The notes under the pieces: model-generated | Database searches by the model: none | What the model saw: the letters and a program-made list of their open reading frames with translations, nothing else | Told to the model about the DNA's origin: nothing | Part shown: in pieces, positions 16,965-27,043 of the stretch | Layout of the letters: every line of letters begins with the position of its first letter | How positions within the stretch are numbered: the first letter of the stretch is position 1 | Assembly: GCA_029932645.1 (NCBI GenBank) | Contig: JAOZPR010000007.1 | Coordinates: 1 to 33,687 of the forward strand | Direction of reading: 5' to 3' | Length of the DNA: 33,687 nt | Source of the DNA: Candidatus Aenigmatarchaeota archaeon | GTDB taxonomy: Archaea; Aenigmatarchaeota; Aenigmatarchaeia; GW2011-AR5; JAGGXF01 | Program-made: the position numbers and the translations under genes

Positions 16965-19298
16965 ATGATATATATAAAAAAAGATGTTCCTTTTGAATTA
17001 CATGAAATAAATCTGAAAGACGCAACAGACGAGGTGTTGAAAAAAATAAGCAAGGAAACGGGTGTTGGTCTGAGCTTGGAGGAGATGCAAGTCATAAGGG
17101 ATTATTTTGTAAAACAAGGTAGAAATCCAACTGATGTTGAGCTTCAGGCGCTTGGTCAGTCTTGGAGTGAGCACTGCTCTTACAAAACTTCAAAGCCTAT
17201 ACTTAAAAAATTTATTTTCAACATAGAAGCGCCACAAAATATTTTGGTGATAAAAGAAGATGCCGGCGTTGTTGAGTTTGACGAAAACCATGCATATGTG
17301 GTTGCACTAGAATCACATAATCATCCTTCTGCTGTGGAACCCTATGGTGGGGCTGCCACAGGTATAGGTGGAATTCTGAGGGACGTTGTCTGTATGGGTG
17401 CCCAGCCGGTTGCTCTCATAGACCCGTTGTTTTTTGGCGAGCTTGGTTATAAGTATGAAAAATTACCCAGGGGCGTAAAACACCCATTATATTTGTTCTC
17501 AGAAGTTGTTGCTGGTATAAGGGACTATGGAAACCGGGTTGGAATACCAACAACAACAGGCATGGTCTACTTTGATAATTCTTATATCGGAAACTGTCTT
17601 GTAAATGTCGGCTGCGTCGGAATAGTCAGAAAAAATGAAATAATAAGGAGTGCTGTTAAAAACTCAGATGACGTTTTTATATTGCTGGGTGGAAAAACAG
17701 GAAGAGACGGTATTCATGGCGTGACCTTTGCGTCTGCTGAACTTGACGAATCATCTGAGTCAGAAAGCCGTGGCGCTGTCCAAGTCGGCGACCCCATAAC
17801 AAAAGAACCGCTGATGCATGTGTGCCTTGAAGCGAACAAGAGAGGCCTTCTCACTGGGATGAAAGATCTCGGTGGTGGCGGGCTGTCTTGCGTTACTGGT
17901 GAAATGGCACTTGCGGGTGGATATGGAGCAAAAATAGACCTCGATAAAGTGCCGTTGAAAGAGGGAGACATGTCGCCATGGGAGATATGGGTATCTGAAT
18001 CTCAGGAAAGAATGATGGTTGCTGCACGCCCGGACAAGGTGGATGAGATATTAGACTTGTGCAAACTCTGGGACGTTCAGGCAACAATCATAGGAAATGC
18101 GAAAGAAGGTAAGAAAATCGAAGTCTATTATAAAGGTGCTAAAGTAGTTGACATGGACATAGAGTTCTTTGTTGACAGCCCGGTTTACCACAGAAAATAT
18201 GAGATAAAAAAGAAAGAAATTTTAGAGTCAGATGTAAAAGAACCCGAAGACTATGAAAAAATTATTCTTGATTTGTTATCGTCGCTTAACATAGCAAACA
18301 GGGAACGAATAATCAGGCAGTATGACCACGAGGTCAGAGCAGCAACTGTTCTCAAGCCCATGCAGGGCAAGCTTGGCTCTTACACACATGGCGATGCTGC
18401 AGTTATCAAACCTCTGGAAGAATCCTATAGGGGGCTTGCGCTGAGCGCAGATGTAAATCCAAGTTATATTGAAATAGACCCGTTTTTGGGTTCGGCCTCT
18501 GCCATAGACGAAGTCTGCAGAAATCTGGTTGCTGTCGGGGCAAGACCGCATTCGTTTGCGGACTGTCTGAATTTTGGCAATCCAGAAAAACCAGACAGGC
18601 TTGGCGTCTTTTACGAGGCATGCCGCGGTCTTGGTTATGTTGCCAAGGGGCTTGGTGTGCCGTTTGTGAGCGGAAATGTAAGTTTCTATAATGAATATAC
18701 AGAAGGTCCGGTAGCGCCAACACCTACAATACTTGGTATAGGAATCGTAAAAGACGTAAGAAAAACTTGCACAACAGATTTGAAACATTCTGATAACGAG
18801 CTGTATCTGATAGGTGAAACGAAAAAAGAGATGGGCGGGTCTGAATATTACAAACTAATAGGTGCAAAAAGTTCAACCGTGCCTAAGGTTGACTTGGAGA
18901 ATCTGAAGAATTCTATTAATGCTGTGTGCACTGCAATAGAAGAAGGCATCGTTGAATCCTGCCATGATATTTCTGAAGGCGGATTGGCAACATGCATCTC
19001 AGAGATGATGATCGGTGGCGATATCGGAGCTGAATTGGATATTAGAAACGTGGCTGAGCTGAGACCAGACTACAAACTTTTTTCACAGTCAAACACGCGC
19101 TGGGTTGTTGAAATAAAAAAAGAAAACAAAGATGATTTCGAAAACTTGATGCAGAAGAATAATGTGACTTTTTTCAAAATCGGAAAAGTTTGCGGTCATC
19201 GCCTGATTATAAAAGATAATGGGAAAGAAATTGCTAACATTCCTATTGAAAAGATAAGAGCATCTTGGAACGATGGTATTAGCAAATACCTTGGCTAA
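16965..19298 (+). CDS. purL: Phosphoribosylformylglycinamidine synthase subunit PurL (FGAM synthase II)
   Basis: 777 aa from ATG 16965. SWSEHCSYK, HNHPSAVEPYGGAATGIGGILRD, and duplicated PurM-like domains. Confidence 0.95.
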   Translation: MIYIKKDVPFELHEINLKDATDEVLKKISKETGVGLSLEEMQVIRDYFVKQGRNPTDVELQALGQSWSEHCSYKTSKPILKKFIFNIEAPQNILVIKEDAGVVEFDENHAYVVALESHNHPSAVEPYGGAATGIGGILRDVVCMGAQPVALIDPLFFGELGYKYEKLPRGVKHPLYLFSEVVAGIRDYGNRVGIPTTTGMVYFDNSYIGNCLVNVGCVGIVRKNEIIRSAVKNSDDVFILLGGKTGRDGIHGVTFASAELDESSESESRGAVQVGDPITKEPLMHVCLEANKRGLLTGMKDLGGGGLSCVTGEMALAGGYGAKIDLDKVPLKEGDMSPWEIWVSESQERMMVAARPDKVDEILDLCKLWDVQATIIGNAKEGKKIEVYYKGAKVVDMDIEFFVDSPVYHRKYEIKKKEILESDVKEPEDYEKIILDLLSSLNIANRERIIRQYDHEVRAATVLKPMQGKLGSYTHGDAAVIKPLEESYRGLALSADVNPSYIEIDPFLGSASAIDEVCRNLVAVGARPHSFADCLNFGNPEKPDRLGVFYEACRGLGYVAKGLGVPFVSGNVSFYNEYTEGPVAPTPTILGIGIVKDVRKTCTTDLKHSDNELYLIGETKKEMGGSEYYKLIGAKSSTVPKVDLENLKNSINAVCTAIEEGIVESCHDISEGGLATCISEMMIGGDIGAELDIRNVAELRPDYKLFSQSNTRWVVEIKKENKDDFENLMQKNNVTFFKIGKVCGHRLIIKDNGKEIANIPIEKIRASWNDGISKYLG

Positions 19299-19335
19299 AA
19301 TCTTGCTTTGCTACTAGATACTTGGTGGTGTCTAA

Positions 19336-20160
19336 ATGAAGAAGGATAACATAAAGATTTGTGTCCTGAGGATGGAAGGAACGAACTGCGAGCAAGAGGT
19401 TTATTACTGCTTCAAAAGACTTGGTGTTAAACCAGAGCTGGTTCATCTGAACCAACTCACGGGTGGCCGTGATAAAAGAAACCTCTCAGACTATCAAGGC
19501 ATTGTGATACCTGGCGGTTTCTCTGCCGGGGATTATGTAAGAGCTGGTGCAATTTTTGCAGCCAGAATAAAAAGCAAACTTATAGCCGACCTCAAAAAAT
19601 TCGTCGAAGACGGTTATCCCATCATTGGGATATGCAACGGATTTCAGGTACTGGTAGAAATAGGGCTTCTACCAGCTATGGATGCTTCTATCTCAAAATA
19701 CCCACAGGTTGTTCTCAACATCAACGACTCATTTCGGTTTGAGTGCAGACCAACACTGATAAAAAATGTGAATAAAGGAAAGTGTATATTTACAAAGAAA
19801 ATAGAAAAAAATAAAATCCTCAGAATACCTTGTGCTCACGCAGAAGGAAAATTTATGTTTCCGGCTGGAAAAGAAGCTGAACTGTTGCAAAAATTGATAG
19901 ACAACGACCAGGTTGTTTTTAGATACGTTGACCCCGACGGAAAATATGCTGGTTATCCGTGGAACCCAAACGGTTCTCTCTACAATATTGCGGGCATATG
20001 CAACTTGTACGGGAATGTTATGGGGATGATGCCGCACCCAGAGCGGGTTTTTTACAGCTACACAAACCCAGACTGGACTCGCTCCAAAAATGGAAACCTG
20101 GACGGTGATGGAAAAGCAATATTTGAGTCTACCGTGAACTATATAAGAAGAAAATTTTAG
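19336..20160 (+). CDS. purQ: Phosphoribosylformylglycinamidine synthase subunit PurQ (glutaminase)
   Basis: 274 aa. Nucleophile motif GICNGFQ and MPHPER. GGTGGTG SD upstream. Confidence 0.95.
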   Translation: MKKDNIKICVLRMEGTNCEQEVYYCFKRLGVKPELVHLNQLTGGRDKRNLSDYQGIVIPGGFSAGDYVRAGAIFAARIKSKLIADLKKFVEDGYPIIGICNGFQVLVEIGLLPAMDASISKYPQVVLNINDSFRFECRPTLIKNVNKGKCIFTKKIEKNKILRIPCAHAEGKFMFPAGKEAELLQKLIDNDQVVFRYVDPDGKYAGYPWNPNGSLYNIAGICNLYGNVMGMMPHPERVFYSYTNPDWTRSKNGNLDGDGKAIFESTVNYIRRKF

Positions 20161-20225
20161 AGGAGATGCTTTTAGATAAGAGAGATAAGAGATAAGAATC
20201 GATGAGAATCCTGGAGGAGTTTTAC

Positions 20226-21653
20226 ATGTGTGGGTTTATAGGCATAATAAATCTGGAAAAAAAAGATGTTTCGAAAGAACTGGCCACCGGACTGCTGAGC
20301 ATCCAACATCGTGGACAGGACTCTGCCGGCATTATAACATCGCGCATAAATCAGTTTTATATAAAAAAAGATGTGGGACTGGTCGACGAAGTTTTTAGGG
20401 AAGACGACCTGAAAGCCTTGAAAGGAGATATTGGAATCGCCCATGTAAGATATAGTACAATCGGCTTTGAAGCAAAAAATGATGCGCAACCTTTTTTTGT
20501 TAACTATCCTTTTGGCATAGCAATGGCGCATAATGGTAATGTTGCTAATTATGAAGAAATGCGAAAAAAATTAGAAGAAGAATCCCACAGACAACTTACC
20601 TCGAAATGTGATGTTGAACTCATACTTAATGTTTTTGCAGATGAACTGTCCAAATTCTCTGGTGGCTTTTCAGTAGAAAATGTTTTTGCAGCACTTGTTC
20701 CGCTAATGAAAAAAATAAATGGTAGCTATTCTGCGGTAACTGTTATTAACAATCATGGGTTGTTAGCCTTCCGGGATCCATATGGAATAAAACCAATAGT
20801 CTTTGGTAAGAACGACTCTGGCTTTATATTTGCCTCAGAAACTGTTGTTCTGGACCTGTTGGAATATGACTACATAAAAGACCTCAAGGCCGGTGAGGCG
20901 GTTTTTGTAGATAAGAGCGGACAGATATATTCGAAAATGATAGAAAAAAGAAAAAGAGCACCCTGTATGTTTGAGTGGGTATACTTTGCAAGGCCAGATT
21001 CTGTGATAGAAGGAAAAAGCGTCTATGATATTAGACTAAAACTTGGTAAAGAACTTGCAAGAAATTGGGACAAAAAAATTGATGTGGTAATACCTGTCCC
21101 AGACACATCAAGAACAGCAGCCATGTCCTTCGCAGAAATGGTTGGGGCTCCCTATAGAGAAGGCCTGATAAAAAACAGATACATAGGGCGAACTTTCATA
21201 ATGCCTGCCCAGACAAAAAGAGATGGGGCAGTAAAAGTAAAGCTAAACCCTATTATACCGGAGATAAAAGGAAAGAAGATTGCCTTGGTGGATGACAGCA
21301 TTGTTAGGGGAACGACATCAAAAAGGCTGGTAACTCTTATGAAGAAGGCCGGCGCAAAAGAAGTTCACCTAGTAATAACGTGTCCGCCTATAAAATATCC
21401 ATGCTTTTATGGAATAGACATAGCAACCAGAAAAGAACTTATAGCATCTGATAAAGGAATAGAGGAAATAAGGAAGACGCTCGGTGCAGACTCAGTGACA
21501 TACCAAACAATAGAAGGGCTTAGAAAAGCGATTGGCTTGGAATCATTGTGCACTGCCTGCTTGACAGGAGATTATCCTACTGGCTTAAGAGAAAATGATA
21601 TTTCTCATCTGGAAAAAACAAGAGAGGCCGAAAAGTCTCGGGTGGTGGTATAA
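20226..21653 (+). CDS. purF: Amidophosphoribosyltransferase
   Basis: 475 aa from ATG 20226, giving the N-terminal Met-Cys (MCGFIGI) required for an Ntn amidotransferase. PRPP loop VDDSIVRGTTS. Cys residues are positioned like the Fe-S ligands of B. subtilis-type PurF. Confidence 0.95.
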   Translation: MCGFIGIINLEKKDVSKELATGLLSIQHRGQDSAGIITSRINQFYIKKDVGLVDEVFREDDLKALKGDIGIAHVRYSTIGFEAKNDAQPFFVNYPFGIAMAHNGNVANYEEMRKKLEEESHRQLTSKCDVELILNVFADELSKFSGGFSVENVFAALVPLMKKINGSYSAVTVINNHGLLAFRDPYGIKPIVFGKNDSGFIFASETVVLDLLEYDYIKDLKAGEAVFVDKSGQIYSKMIEKRKRAPCMFEWVYFARPDSVIEGKSVYDIRLKLGKELARNWDKKIDVVIPVPDTSRTAAMSFAEMVGAPYREGLIKNRYIGRTFIMPAQTKRDGAVKVKLNPIIPEIKGKKIALVDDSIVRGTTSKRLVTLMKKAGAKEVHLVITCPPIKYPCFYGIDIATRKELIASDKGIEEIRKTLGADSVTYQTIEGLRKAIGLESLCTACLTGDYPTGLRENDISHLEKTREAEKSRVVV

Positions 21654-22985
21654 ATGAAAATACTCTTGATTGGTAATGGTGCTAGAGAACATGTTATTGT
21701 TGAAACGCTCGCCAGAAGCAAACACAAACCAAAAATATACAGTGTGGTCAGCGCCAAAAATCCAGGAATACTGAAACTTTCTGAAGATTTTGTTGTTGGT
21801 AACGTGACCGATGTTGAGCTAGTGTCGTCATTTGCAAAAGAAAAGGCTGTTGATTTTGCAGTAATTGGGCCGGAAGCCCCCCTAGCATTTGGTGTTTCAG
21901 ATGCGCTAGAGAAAATCGGTGTTCCATGCGTTGCACCGTCAAAGTCAGCAGCGCGCCTGGAAACAGACAAATCTTTTGTAAAAAATTTAATGGAGAAACA
22001 CAAAACCCCCGGAAGGATTATATCAAAAGTGTTTGCTGACGCAGACGAACTTTGCTCTTTTATAGACTCTTTTGGAAAACCTGTTGTTATTAAGCCGCTT
22101 GGTTTAACCGGGGGAAAAGGAGTTAAAATAGTAGACCCGAAACTCAGTGGCCAGCTTAAGAGTAACGAAGAAGCAAAAAGATATGGAAAAAAAATTATAG
22201 AAAAAGGAATAAGCGGATTCAACAAAGCCCTTGTCGAAGAAAAGGTTATCGGCGAGGAATTCACATTGCAGGCATTCACAGACGGAGCAACGGTAAAATC
22301 AATGCCGCTTGTTCAGGACCATAAGTTTGCATACGAAGGAGATAACGGTCCGTTCACAGGTGGCATGGGCTCCTATTCTGATTCAAATCACTTGCTGCCT
22401 TTCATGACAACCGAAGACAAGGACGCAGCAGTAAAAGTCATGGAAAAAGTCGTGGACGCAATGAACAAAGAGGGAATAACCTACAAAGGCGTGATATATG
22501 GCGGATTCATGCTTACAAGAAACGGCCCGAAGATACTTGAGTTCAATGCCCGTTTTGGTGACCCAGAAGCAATGAATGTTCTGCCTTTGTTGGAAACGGA
22601 CTTTGTGGATATATGCCAAGCCATCATAGAACAAAGACTTTCCAAAATTGATGTTGCCTTTTCAAACCTGGCTACAGTGTGTAAATATGCCGTGCCCAAA
22701 GGTTATCCTACAAATCCTGTCGCAAACCAGAAAATCGTTATAAAGAACATCCCAAAAGACGCGCGTCTGTATTATGCGTCTGTTGACCAGAGAGAAGATG
22801 GGCTTTACATGACAAAATCTAGAGCATTGGCCTGCGTTGGGGTAGATAAAACACTAGAAGGTGCTGAGAAGATTGCACAAGCAGCCATAAGCAATATCAC
22901 CGGCCCTGTACATTATCGTCCGGATATAGGAACCGCACCACTCATACAAAAAAGAATAAAACACATGGAGGAGCTTCGCAAATGA
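21654..22985 (+). CDS. purD: Phosphoribosylamine-glycine ligase (GAR synthetase)
   Basis: 443 aa. ATP-grasp layout with IGPEAPL, ETDKSFVKNLM, VIKPLGLTGGKGV and EFNARFGDPE. The ATG directly follows the purF TAA. Confidence 0.95.
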   Translation: MKILLIGNGAREHVIVETLARSKHKPKIYSVVSAKNPGILKLSEDFVVGNVTDVELVSSFAKEKAVDFAVIGPEAPLAFGVSDALEKIGVPCVAPSKSAARLETDKSFVKNLMEKHKTPGRIISKVFADADELCSFIDSFGKPVVIKPLGLTGGKGVKIVDPKLSGQLKSNEEAKRYGKKIIEKGISGFNKALVEEKVIGEEFTLQAFTDGATVKSMPLVQDHKFAYEGDNGPFTGGMGSYSDSNHLLPFMTTEDKDAAVKVMEKVVDAMNKEGITYKGVIYGGFMLTRNGPKILEFNARFGDPEAMNVLPLLETDFVDICQAIIEQRLSKIDVAFSNLATVCKYAVPKGYPTNPVANQKIVIKNIPKDARLYYASVDQREDGLYMTKSRALACVGVDKTLEGAEKIAQAAISNITGPVHYRPDIGTAPLIQKRIKHMEELRK

Positions 22986-23563
22986 AACGTAAGATTAGAG
23001 CAGAGATGATGAAGAAGAGAGCAGCTATGAATAAAGAAGACTTGCTTAGCAGAAGCGCTGTTATATGCGAAACCCTCAGAAAATTAGAAGAATTTAAAAA
23101 TGCGAAAAATGTTTTGTTTTATGTTTCTACAAAGAACGAGGTTGAAACACAGGTGATGTTAAAAGAGCTCCTAAAAGCCGGTGAAAAAAACATTGTCGTG
23201 CCGGTGACTGATAAGAAAACTAGCACACTTAATTTGTCTTTGATAAAAGATTTTTCAGAACTGGTTCCAAAAACCCATGAAATACTTGAACCTGCAGACG
23301 AGTTCATAAGACCAGTCAGTCCTGAAAAAATAGACTTGGTAATAACGCCTGGAATAGCATTTGATGAAAATGGAAATAGAATCGGTTCTGGCTGCGGCTA
23401 TTATGACCGGTTGTTGTGCGGTATGAAAAACGCCAAAAAAATAGGGCTCGCTTTTGAACTACAAATTTTACCAAAATTACCATGCTACGACCATGATGTT
23501 CCTCTTGACATTATCATAACAGAAGAGAGGATTATTAGATTGGATGAAAAACGAAGAATATGA
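22982..23563 (+). CDS. 5-formyltetrahydrofolate cyclo-ligase (MTHFS)
   Basis: 193 aa with the family motif GSGCGYYDR and the typical N-terminal R..KK.R segment. ATGA start/stop overlap with purD. Confidence 0.85.
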   Translation: MKRKIRAEMMKKRAAMNKEDLLSRSAVICETLRKLEEFKNAKNVLFYVSTKNEVETQVMLKELLKAGEKNIVVPVTDKKTSTLNLSLIKDFSELVPKTHEILEPADEFIRPVSPEKIDLVITPGIAFDENGNRIGSGCGYYDRLLCGMKNAKKIGLAFELQILPKLPCYDHDVPLDIIITEERIIRLDEKRRI

Positions 23564-23626
23564 AAAAATATGAAAACGAATAATATGAGAGAAAATATGA
23601 GAAAATATGATATAGGGGTGATATGA
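23558..23626. repeat. Array of six ATATGA(R)AA copies between the MTHFS gene and glyA
   Basis: ATATGA occurs at 23558, 23568, 23583, 23595, 23605 and 23621. The first copy contains the MTHFS stop; the last abuts the glyA ATG (23628). Confidence 0.8.
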
Positions 23627-23627
23627 A

Positions 23628-24884
23628 ATGTTGGGATTTTTAGAGAAATCTGATCCGCAAATAGCAGAAGCAGTCAGAAACGAATTGAAAAGGATAAGAA
23701 ATGGTGTAGAGTTGATACCTTCTGAGAACTTTGTGAGCCTGGCTGTCCTGGAAGCGATGGGAACAGTTTTTACAAACAAATATTCAGAAGGGTACCCACA
23801 TAAAAGATACTATGGTGGAAACGAATTTGTTGATGTTGTAGAAGATCTTGCAATTGCCCGCGCCAAGAAATTGTTCGGAGCAGAACATGCCAATGTTCAG
23901 CCATATTCTGGCAGTCCTGCAAACCTGGCTTGTTTTTTTGCACTGCTAGATCGCGGTGACATATTTATGGGCCTAGATCTAAGCTGTGGCGGACATTTGA
24001 CCCATGGCAGCCCTGTTAACTTCTCGGGGAAATGGTACAGGTGTATACCATATGCGGTTGATAAGGAAACAGAGCTTATAGATATGGATGAAGTAAGAAA
24101 AATAGCATTGAAAGCAAAACCAAAAATGATACTGTCTGGACTTACTTGCTATCCAAGGGTTTTGAACTTCAAGGCGTTTCAAGAAATAGCTGACGAAGTT
24201 GGTGCATATCATATGTCAGACATATCACATATTGCAGGGTTGGTTGCTGCTGGAATTCATATGAGTCCAGTGCCTTTTGCTGATGTAGTCACAACAACAA
24301 CCCATAAAACAATCAGGGGTCCAAGGGGCGCGATGATATTATGTAAAGAAAAACACGCAGCAGCAATAGACAAGGCTGTTTTTCCAGGTTTACAGGGTGG
24401 ACCACATGACCACATAACAGCTGCCAAAGCTGTTGCATTTCATGAAGACTTGCAGCCGGAGTTCAAGGACTATGCAAAGCAAATAGTTAAAAATGCAAAG
24501 GTATTGGCTGAAGAGCTTATGAGCCTCGGCATTAAGCTGGTCACAAACGGAACAGATAACCACTTGATGCTGATAGACTTGACCAAAAAGAATCTGACAG
24601 GAAAAGGCAAAGCGGTCCAAAATGCTCTCGAAGCCGCGGGTATATTCGTTAACAAAAATACAATTCCATATGAACCGGGAACACCCTTCAATCCAAGCGG
24701 CATAAGACTTGGAACGCCTGCTGTGACAACAAGAGGATTCAAAGAGAGCGAAATGAAGGTAATAGCAAAAGGTATAGCTAGTGTTATCGACAACTATGAA
24801 GACCCGACCGTGATAAAAAAGGTGAAAGAAGACATGCTTGAATTGTGCAAAGGCTTCCCACTATATCCTGAGCTGGATGAGTGA
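23628..24884 (+). CDS. glyA: Serine hydroxymethyltransferase
   Basis: 418 aa. [25 protein letters not shown], and the PLP-Lys motif [13 protein letters not shown]. Confidence 0.95.
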   Translation: MLGFLEKSDPQIAEAVRNELKRIRNGVELIPSENFVSLAVLEAMGTVFTNKYSEGYPHKRYYGGNEFVDVVEDLAIARAKKLFGAEHANVQPYSGSPANLACFFALLDRGDIFMGLDLSCGGHLTHGSPVNFSGKWYRCIPYAVDKETELIDMDEVRKIALKAKPKMILSGLTCYPRVLNFKAFQEIADEVGAYHMSDISHIAGLVAAGIHMSPVPFADVVTTTTHKTIRGPRGAMILCKEKHAAAIDKAVFPGLQGGPHDHITAAKAVAFHEDLQPEFKDYAKQIVKNAKVLAEELMSLGIKLVTNGTDNHLMLIDLTKKNLTGKGKAVQNALEAAGIFVNKNTIPYEPGTPFNPSGIRLGTPAVTTRGFKESEMKVIAKGIASVIDNYEDPTVIKKVKEDMLELCKGFPLYPELDE

Positions 24885-24897
24885 ACTAGGAGATGCC

Positions 24898-25557
24898 ATG
24901 TCAATAAAAGAAAACGTAGAGAAGATAAACGAAATCGTGAACGAAAAAGGCCGAAACAGGGTTACGATAGTTGCTGTTACAAAAGGCCGGTCAGAAGATG
25001 AAATAAGAGAAGCTATGCATTGTGGTTTGCGGGTGTTCGGAGAAAACCGAGTGCGAGAAGCCATAGATAAATGGAGCAGCCTAAAAGAGCATAATATTGA
25101 ACTTCACCTCATAGGTCATCTACAGAGCAACAAAGTCAAAAAAGCGGTGGCTTTTTTCGATATGATAGAGTCTGTGGACAGAATGAAAACCGCCGAAAAG
25201 ATAAACAATTATTGTAAGGAAATTGGTAAAAGAATGGGTGTGCTTGCGCAGGTCAATATTGGTGGGGAAGAAACAAAATACGGCATTGCTCCAGAAGCGC
25301 TGATGGACTTTGTACAACAGCTCACGACACTTAAGAATATAGATGTACGTGGATTGATGGCAATAGCCCCGCTTGTCACACCCGAAGAAACAAGACCATA
25401 CTTCAGAAAAATGAAAAAACTTTTTGACGAAACACAAAAAATAAGAACCATGGGATGTCTTTCCATGGGCATGACCAACGACTTTACCGTTGCACTAGAG
25501 GAGGGTTCAAACATGGTAAGACTTGGCCGCGCTATATTTGGTGATTATGATGGCTGA
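24898..25557 (+). CDS. yggS: YggS-family PLP-binding (PLP homeostasis) protein
   Basis: 219 aa from ATG 24898, with GGAG upstream. The upstream start in the ORF track would overlap glyA. VAVTKGRS (PLP Lys), FGENRVREA, HLIGHLQSNK. Confidence 0.85.
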   Translation: MSIKENVEKINEIVNEKGRNRVTIVAVTKGRSEDEIREAMHCGLRVFGENRVREAIDKWSSLKEHNIELHLIGHLQSNKVKKAVAFFDMIESVDRMKTAEKINNYCKEIGKRMGVLAQVNIGGEETKYGIAPEALMDFVQQLTTLKNIDVRGLMAIAPLVTPEETRPYFRKMKKLFDETQKIRTMGCLSMGMTNDFTVALEEGSNMVRLGRAIFGDYDG

Positions 25558-26401
25558 AATAATAGACGGTAAAAAAATAGCTGAGGAGATAGAAAAAAAC
25601 ATAAAAGCAGAACTTGATGCCCTAGAAAAAAAATATTTGAAAAGGCCGTGCCTGGCTGTAATACTTGTTGGTGAAAATGCTGCATCAAAGATTTATGTTC
25701 AAAAAAAAGAAGAGGCCTGCGACGCTGTTGGTGTGTTGTTTAAAAAAATAGAGCTGCCGGAAGCAACAACAGAACAGGAGCTCATTAAAATAATAAGAGA
25801 GCTCAACAATGATAACAAAATTCATGGCATTCTCGTTCAGCTACCTCTTCCAACGCATATAGACAGCAGAAAAATTATAAATACAATATCTCCGACAAAA
25901 GATGTTGATGGTCTGACAGCAGAAAATATGGGAAACCTTCTTCTCAATAACGAAAAGATTTTACCGTGTACGCCGCTCGGGATAATAACAATGCTGAAAA
26001 AAATAGGAGTCGGTGTCGAAGGAAAGAATGTTGTAATAGTCAACCATAGCAAGATTGTCGGCCGGCCACTGGCTGCAATGCTGCTCAACAGAAATGCGAC
26101 ACCAACGATATGCCACATCAAAACAAAAGACCTCAAGAGCCAGACATTAGATGCGGATATACTAGTTACAGCTACCGGAGTCCCGGGACTCATAAAAGCT
26201 GATATGGTAAAGAACGGGGCGGTCGTAATAGACGGAGGCATTAAAAAAGTTGGCGAGAAGGTTGTTGGTGACGTTGAGTTTGAGTCTGTCTCGAAAAAAG
26301 CATCTTATATAACACCTGTACCTGGCGGAGTCGGCCCAATGACCGTTGCTATGGTGCTTGTCAATTTGGTAGAGTTGTTCAAAGAACAAATAAAAAAATA
26401 A
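25550..26401 (+). CDS. folD: Bifunctional 5,10-methylene-THF dehydrogenase / 5,10-methenyl-THF cyclohydrolase
   Basis: 283 aa from ATG 25550 (MAEIIDGKKIAEEI, as in the bacterial FolD N-terminus). HGILVQLPLP and ITPVPGGVGPMTVAM. Overlaps the yggS stop by 8 nt. Confidence 0.95.
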   Translation: MAEIIDGKKIAEEIEKNIKAELDALEKKYLKRPCLAVILVGENAASKIYVQKKEEACDAVGVLFKKIELPEATTEQELIKIIRELNNDNKIHGILVQLPLPTHIDSRKIINTISPTKDVDGLTAENMGNLLLNNEKILPCTPLGIITMLKKIGVGVEGKNVVIVNHSKIVGRPLAAMLLNRNATPTICHIKTKDLKSQTLDADILVTATGVPGLIKADMVKNGAVVIDGGIKKVGEKVVGDVEFESVSKKASYITPVPGGVGPMTVAMVLVNLVELFKEQIKK

Positions 26402-26442
26402 TCTGAATATTACAAGAGTATTACAAACTAGTTGGTGGTCTT

Positions 26443-27039
26443 ATGAAGGTGAAACCAAAAACTGCTCTGATAAGTGTGTGGGACAAAACCGGACTAATCG
26501 AATTTGGTAAAGGTCTGCAAAGGCTTGGTATCGAAATTATAGCGACCGGCGGAACAGCAAAGTTGCTTAAAGAAAATGATGTGCCTGTGACAGCCGTAGC
26601 TGATTATGCTGACTATCCCGAAATGCTGGATGGTAGAGTCAAGACAATACAGCCGAAGATACAAGGAGGCATCTTAGCCCTGAGAAATAACCATAATCAT
26701 ATGGAACAGTTGAAAGCACACAACATAAAACCAATCGATATCGTTGTATTTAACTTATATCCATTCGAACAGGTTGTAAGCAAAGGGGCTCAAATGGATG
26801 AAGCATTAGAGAATATAGATATCGGAGGTCCGACCTCTATAAGGGCAGCGGCGAAAAACTTCAAAGACGTCATAGTGGTCATAGACTCAGAAGATTATCC
26901 ATGGATAATAAAAGAGCTTGAAGAGAACGGCGACCTAAGCTTTCAACAAAGATTAAAGCTGGCCACAAAGGTTTTCAGGCACACGTCAGAGTATGACCGT
27001 GTGATACAAAAATATCTCAAGGGACAGAACGAAAGGTGA
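26443..27039 (+). CDS. purH: IMP cyclohydrolase, MGS-like N-terminal domain of PurH as a separate cistron
   Basis: 198 aa. LISVWDKTG, ATGGTAKLL, DGRVKTIQPKIQGGIL, NLYPF, NIDIGGPTSIRAAAKN. Ends exactly at the interdomain linker of fused PurH. Confidence 0.9.
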   Translation: MKVKPKTALISVWDKTGLIEFGKGLQRLGIEIIATGGTAKLLKENDVPVTAVADYADYPEMLDGRVKTIQPKIQGGILALRNNHNHMEQLKAHNIKPIDIVVFNLYPFEQVVSKGAQMDEALENIDIGGPTSIRAAAKNFKDVIVVIDSEDYPWIIKELEENGDLSFQQRLKLATKVFRHTSEYDRVIQKYLKGQNER

Positions 27040-27043
27040 AAAA

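Noticed and set aside
21605-22279. Long antisense ORFs in the six-frame track. Examples: 21605-22279, 4696-5328, 12812-13396, 18276-18788, 27127-27591, 28940-29419, 30871-31362 and 29622-30053.
   Set aside because: Each lies fully inside a confidently identified sense gene, has Ser/Leu/Ile/Phe-rich low-complexity composition typical of shadow frames, and carries no recognisable motif or upstream signal.
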